Source: an uncultured bacterium (lineage in GTDB: Bacteria > Acidobacteriota > Thermoanaerobaculia > Multivoradales > JAHZIX01). From it: a DNA stretch of 64,000 nucleotides. Under the pieces are notes generated by a model that saw nothing but the letters and a program-made list of their open reading frames with translations, did no database searches and was not told where the DNA came from. The stretch is from assembly GCA_965368975.1 (NCBI GenBank), contig CBDUPA010000020.1, forward strand, positions 50,939 through 114,938, read 5' to 3'. Shown here one piece after another: positions 59,763 to 64,000 of the stretch. The stretch's first letter is position 1. Every line of letters begins with the position of its first letter. The position numbers and the translations under genes are program-made.

Positions 59763-61820
59763 TCAGGAGGCCTGCGCTGCCGGCTCGGCCGCTACCGGGG
59801 AAGGAACGACTTCCGCCGGCGCTTCTTGCGCAGTTGCCTCTTCTGTAGATTGGGGCACCTCCTGCGAGGGAGCTTCTTGCCCAGATAGGGGCGGTGGCTC
59901 TGGCAGGCGGTTGGTCAGGAAGTCCTCGAGCACAGGACGCGCGATCTTGACGAAATCGCGCTCGGTCAAGATACCCACGAGGCGTCCCTGGTCCACCACT
60001 GGTAGGCAGCTGATCTGGTACTTGCGCATGAGGGTGATGGCCTCGAGCGTCGGTGTTTCCGGCGTCACGGTGTGGACATCGCGGGTCATCACCTGCCCGA
60101 CAGAAATCGGCTGTGGTTGCAGCTTTCCGTACTCGCGTGCCAGCACGCGCAGCAGGGTTCTGTGTGTGACCAGGCCGGCCAGCTGGTGGTCGTCGTCTTC
60201 CACCGGCACATGACGGATCTGTCGCCAGTCCATCTTGCTCGCAGCCAAGTCGATGCCCTCGTGCTCGTTGACCGTGAACAGGTCAGTGCTCATCAGGGCC
60301 CGCACCTGACCGTAGTGCTGCCGCCATCCCCCTTGCTCGCGCAGGCGTGCCAGCGGCCAGGTGTGGGCGGGCCGGCCCTCCTTCTGGCGCGCGATGGTGG
60401 ACATGGTCAGTGCCGCCATGCGCTCGGCCATCGAGCCAGCGTCGCGCATGGCGTCGAGCGAGTCGAGCATCCAGGTCGAGCCGGTCTGCGCGGTCTCGAC
60501 GCGCTCCTGGATCAGGTCCAGGTAGCGGTCGCAGTCTTCCTTGTGAATGCCGACGTGCTGCAGTCCCTGTCGTGCCTGCGGCAGCAAGTGCTCGCACAGC
60601 AGCTCCTTGGCCGGAATCGAGCCGCGGTGCCCCATCCAGCGGAACTGCGCGCGCAGCCCCTGGCGCGCGGCGGCCAGGAAGTTGTCTTTGGCTACCTCGA
60701 ACGTCATGGCCTTGCGGATGTCGTGGAACTCCTCGCTGAGGGCTTTCATCAAGCCGAACCAGAAGGCGGCGTTGGCAACCTCGTCGATCACCGTCGGGCC
60801 GGCAGGCAGGTAGCGATTCTCGATGCGCAGATGCGGCTTACCCTGGTAGACGCCGTAGCAGGCACGGTTCCAGCGGTAGACGGTGCTGTTGTACAAGCAC
60901 AGGGCGCGCAGTTTCGGTGCCTCGCCGCGCGCCATCTGCTCAAACGGGTCGAAGGGAATTTCGTCGCTGAGTAACACCTTGTAGCGCGAAATATCGTCGC
61001 GAAAGACGTCGAGCGCCGAGTTCTCGATCCAGCGCTCACCGAAGCTGACTCGCGGCAGCTCCTGGCGGTCCACGGACTTGCGGCGGGTGTCCAGGGATTG
61101 CTGGAACAGCGCGATGCGCGTTTCCTTCCACAGCCGGCGGCCGTACAGCACCGGAGAGTTCACCGCCGAGGCCAGCACCGGGCCAGAGATTGCCTGGGCC
61201 AGGTTGTAGAGACGGCCGAAATCCGCCGGATCGATCTGCAGGTGGACCTGGAAGCTAGTGTTGCAGGCTTCCCCCATCACACTGTCGTGATGGATTTTGA
61301 GTTCGTCCATCCCCTTGATGTCGATCTCGAACTCTTTGCCGCGCATCCGGTAGATGGCCTCGGCGAGCGCGAAGTAGCGTGGCTGCGGCGTCATGCTTTC
61401 GAGCGTCAAGTCGGAGTGCTGCAACGTTGGCAGGATGCCGGTCAAGGCGATCTCGACACCGGCTTGTTCGGCGCCGTGCCGTGCCCGGATCATCAGTTCT
61501 TGCAGCGATTGCTCCAGCTGGCTGAGACAGGTCGGACCCCACTCGATGGGATCCAGATTGCACTCGAGGTTGAAGCGCGCCAGCTCCGTGGTGAAGTGAG
61601 GATCGTCGATCAGCCGGAGTACCTCGTTGTTGCACATCGCTGGCCGGCCGCTGGGGTCGACCAGGAACATCTCCTGTTCCGCGCCGATCCGCGTGATGCC
61701 GGATTCGATTTGACCTTCTGCCAGCATCTTCTCCAGTGCACGCACATCCTCCAGCAGTTTTTGGGTAAAGACCCGCAACTGGCCGGGGTCACTGCTGGAC
61801 TTGACATTGTGCTCGCCCAT
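59763..61820 (-). CDS. Glutamate-cysteine ligase family 2 (COOH-NH2 ligase) with tandem CBS domains
   Basis: IGAEQEMFLVD, TELARFNLE, NTSFQVHLQ, RWNR, LRIENR; C-terminal CBS pair (IRHVPV; ISCLPVVDQGRLVGILTERD); SD AGGAGG. Confidence 0.88.
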   Translation of the reverse strand: MGEHNVKSSSDPGQLRVFTQKLLEDVRALEKMLAEGQIESGITRIGAEQEMFLVDPSGRPAMCNNEVLRLIDDPHFTTELARFNLECNLDPIEWGPTCLSQLEQSLQELMIRARHGAEQAGVEIALTGILPTLQHSDLTLESMTPQPRYFALAEAIYRMRGKEFEIDIKGMDELKIHHDSVMGEACNTSFQVHLQIDPADFGRLYNLAQAISGPVLASAVNSPVLYGRRLWKETRIALFQQSLDTRRKSVDRQELPRVSFGERWIENSALDVFRDDISRYKVLLSDEIPFDPFEQMARGEAPKLRALCLYNSTVYRWNRACYGVYQGKPHLRIENRYLPAGPTVIDEVANAAFWFGLMKALSEEFHDIRKAMTFEVAKDNFLAAARQGLRAQFRWMGHRGSIPAKELLCEHLLPQARQGLQHVGIHKEDCDRYLDLIQERVETAQTGSTWMLDSLDAMRDAGSMAERMAALTMSTIARQKEGRPAHTWPLARLREQGGWRQHYGQVRALMSTDLFTVNEHEGIDLAASKMDWRQIRHVPVEDDDHQLAGLVTHRTLLRVLAREYGKLQPQPISVGQVMTRDVHTVTPETPTLEAITLMRKYQISCLPVVDQGRLVGILTERDFVKIARPVLEDFLTNRLPEPPPLSGQEAPSQEVPQSTEEATAQEAPAEVVPSPVAAEPAAQAS

Positions 61821-61991
61821 GGTGGTGCTCGCCCTCCTCCTACCTGCGATGTACATCTTCTCCCGAAAGCTCAGAACTCCCTTTATCCTACCAAGCTCGG
61901 CGGGGGGCGCCTACCCAGGCTAGGCGAATGGAAGCGAAAACAGATAGGATTGCTCCCGCAATGACCTTATTCTGAGCATGAGGGGGAAATC

Positions 61992-62588
61992 ATGGACTAC
62001 TTCGAAGGCCTCGGCCCAGCTCTGCGCCTGCTGCGGCAACGCCGCGGAATGGACGAAGAGCAGGTCAGCCGCGGTGCCGGCATGTTCCGGCAGCAACTCA
62101 ACAACTATGAGCGCGGGTCCGGCCTGCGCGTCGACAGCCTGGGCCGCATCCTCGGAAGCCTGGGTGCCAGCCTCACCGAGCTCGAGGATGCTCTGGCCGT
62201 AGTGCGCTACGTCGGTCTGCACGAGGCGACCAAGAAGAGCGACGATGATGAAGATTCGAAGCCGCCGCGCCAGATGTCCGCGCGCCGTGCCGCTCACCAC
62301 GAGAAGCTGAAAGCGGAACTGGAGAAGCAGGGGCCGTTCGAAGAACTCGACGATGTCGAGAAGAAACGCCGCTGGCACCTGGCGCACCACGAGATGGAGC
62401 GCCGCTTCGAGGAGGAAGAGGGGGCGTCGCCCTACGAGGGGGTCCGGCCTTCCTTCGATCTCGACGAAGAAAGCATGCGTGTCGCTCTGCGCGCGCTCGG
62501 CTTCAAGCGTGTCGAGCCGGCGCGCGAGCCGGAGTACTTCCGGTTGCTGCGCCTGTTCACGCACTTCGTCCGCAACTTCTGGCGCTAG
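61992..62588 (+). CDS. XRE-family HTH protein with uncharacterised C-terminal region
   Basis: LRLLRQRRGMDEEQVSRGAG..QQLNNYERG...SLGRILGSLG; SD GAGGGGG. Confidence 0.8.
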   Translation: MDYFEGLGPALRLLRQRRGMDEEQVSRGAGMFRQQLNNYERGSGLRVDSLGRILGSLGASLTELEDALAVVRYVGLHEATKKSDDDEDSKPPRQMSARRAAHHEKLKAELEKQGPFEELDDVEKKRRWHLAHHEMERRFEEEEGASPYEGVRPSFDLDEESMRVALRALGFKRVEPAREPEYFRLLRLFTHFVRNFWR

Positions 62589-62613
62589 AGACCGCTGGGA
62601 TCACTTCATCGTC

Positions 62614-63438
62614 GTGCCCGCTCCGCAAGCTCCCACCTGGCGTCAGCTCCATCCCGGTGACGATCCCGCCGCCGAGGAGATGCAGCTGCGCCTGTACCGC
62701 GAGATGCCCGGGTGGCAGAAGCTGGGCCTGTTCGGGGCGCTGGTGCGCAGCGCTTGGGAGTTGGCGTCGTCCACCCGCTGGAACGGGACGAGCGAGATCC
62801 GGGATGCCGACCTGGACGATGTCGACGACGACGCTCCGGACCCGCTCAGCGTCACTCTGACAGCGACCGACATCCTGGATAGCCTGGGCGTCGGGTATTT
62901 CCTGTGCGGCTCGATGGCCAGCATCCTCTACGGTTTGCTGCGCACCACGCAAGACGCCGACCTTGTTGCCGATCTGAAGCCGCGCCATGTCGAACCGTTT
63001 GTCTCGGCTCTGGGCGATGCTTTCTACGTCGAGCCGGAGTCGGTGCGGCGCGCGGTGCTGCGGGCTGGCGGCCCGGAAAGTCCTGGCGTCCGTTTCAACG
63101 TCATCCATCCCGCCACCGCTTTCAAGGTCGACGTCTATCTGCCCGGCAACCGCCCTTTCGACCGCATGCAGCTGCAGCGGCGGCAGCGTCAAGTGGTACG
63201 CCGCAATCCAGAGCGAGCCCTCTACGTGGCGACGGCCGAGGACACCCTACTGGCGAAGCTGGATTGGTACGAACAGGGGCGAAGGGTCTCGGAGAGGCAG
63301 TGGAGAGATGTGCTCGGCATCGTCAAGACGCAGGGAGCGGCGTTGGACGTCGGGTATCTGCGGCTGTGGGGTGCGCGGTTGGACGTCGAGGAGTTGCTGG
63401 AGTCCGCGCTTGCGGAAGAGCCTTTGGCGGTGACGTGA
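62614..63438 (+). CDS. Putative nucleotidyltransferase (pol-beta superfamily) with fused N-terminal small helical module; start uncertain
   Basis: YFLCGSMAS..YG..RTTQDAD (GS + DxD), KVDVY, AEDTLLAKL.W; N-terminal DDPAAEEMQLRLYREMPGWQKL. Confidence 0.72.
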   Translation: MPAPQAPTWRQLHPGDDPAAEEMQLRLYREMPGWQKLGLFGALVRSAWELASSTRWNGTSEIRDADLDDVDDDAPDPLSVTLTATDILDSLGVGYFLCGSMASILYGLLRTTQDADLVADLKPRHVEPFVSALGDAFYVEPESVRRAVLRAGGPESPGVRFNVIHPATAFKVDVYLPGNRPFDRMQLQRRQRQVVRRNPERALYVATAEDTLLAKLDWYEQGRRVSERQWRDVLGIVKTQGAALDVGYLRLWGARLDVEELLESALAEEPLAVT

Positions 63439-63526
63439 CGACCCGTGTCGCCATTCCGGTGCTGTGTTAGGCTGCGTATTCCGAAAAAGAACAAACCCGA
63501 CCTAGCTTCCGCAAAACGAGACGCAG

Positions 63527-64000
63527 ATGGACACACGCGCGGCGACCCGCGCTGGCGACGAGGTGGTGCAGGATCTGCTGCTGCGCCAAGTGAAGGCACG
63601 GCCCGCAGCGGTAGCGGTGGTGGAGGGTGGCCGGCATGTGAGCTACGGCATGCTGTGGCGCCGCGCCTTGACTGTGGCGTCGCGGTTGTGTGCCATGGGA
63701 GTGGGGCCAGAGACGCGCGTCGCGGTGGCGATGGAGCGGTCGGCGGCGTTGATCGAGACGCTGTTGGGGGTCTTGCTGGCGGGTGGTGCCTATGTGCCCT
63801 TGACGCCCTCGGATCCGCTCACTCGGCGGGCCGGGCTGCTCGACGATATCTTTGCTGACGACTCGATCTTTGCTGACGACTCGGGCGATCTCGCTAATTT
63901 GGGCGATGCTACTTCGGCACGGGTACTGGTGACCCACCGCGGACAGTGGACGGCGCCGGACGAGCTGGATTGCCTGGCGTCGCGCGGGATCGAACGTCTC
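63527..64000 (+). CDS. NRPS adenylation domain, 5' part, running off the window (absent from the ORF track)
   Basis: Manual translation: MDTRAATRAGDEVVQDLLLRQVKARPAAVAVVEGGRHVSYGML...GVGPETRVAVAMERS...GVLLAGGAYVPLTPSDP (A1 and A2 motifs), open to the end. Confidence 0.88.
   Translation, partial: MDTRAATRAGDEVVQDLLLRQVKARPAAVAVVEGGRHVSYGMLWRRALTVASRLCAMGVGPETRVAVAMERSAALIETLLGVLLAGGAYVPLTPSDPLTRRAGLLDDIFADDSIFADDSGDLANLGDATSARVLVTHRGQWTAPDELDCLASRGIERL

Noticed and set aside
62353-62613. Listed 5' extension of the nucleotidyltransferase ORF
   Set aside because: Overlaps the XRE gene by over 230 bp in another frame with low-complexity translation

Overview
High-GC bacterial chromosomal segment, mostly housekeeping. 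The gene repertoire (Oar-like TonB receptor, MglA-type GTPase, TPR/CHAT and TPR-sigma54 proteins, NRPS) suggests an Acidobacteriota or deltaproteobacteria-like diderm; this is an inference, not a database result. Two partial NRPS genes bracket the window: an A-PCP end at the left and an A-domain start at the right. Between them lie a TAXI-TRAP transporter, nth, murB, recD2, an NtrC-type regulator, nrdAB with tandem NrdR boxes, an mglA-like/nrdR/lon/thiL operon, a peroxiredoxin, dppBC, aroA, lpxH, mrp, plsC, UDP-sugar genes, an M16 peptidase pair, tag, acnA, a large subtilase and a TonB receptor. No rRNA, tRNA, CRISPR array or transposase was recognised. Most notable: (1) a coupled operon of a GCS2-type amide ligase with CBS domains, an HExxH membrane protease and a TPR-CHAT protein lacking the catalytic His/Cys; (2) a tandem-HTH/AT-hook protein whose promoter sits inside nested dyads; (3) an orphan MglA GTPase with a ~400-aa extension; (4) a tyrosyl-radical-less class Ic (Mn/Fe) ribonucleotide reductase; (5) a fused antitoxin-like/nucleotidyltransferase gene behind an XRE regulator; (6) several degenerate pseudo-enzyme fusions, apparently leaderless promoters and frequent short tandem duplications. 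All family calls come from motif recognition by eye.
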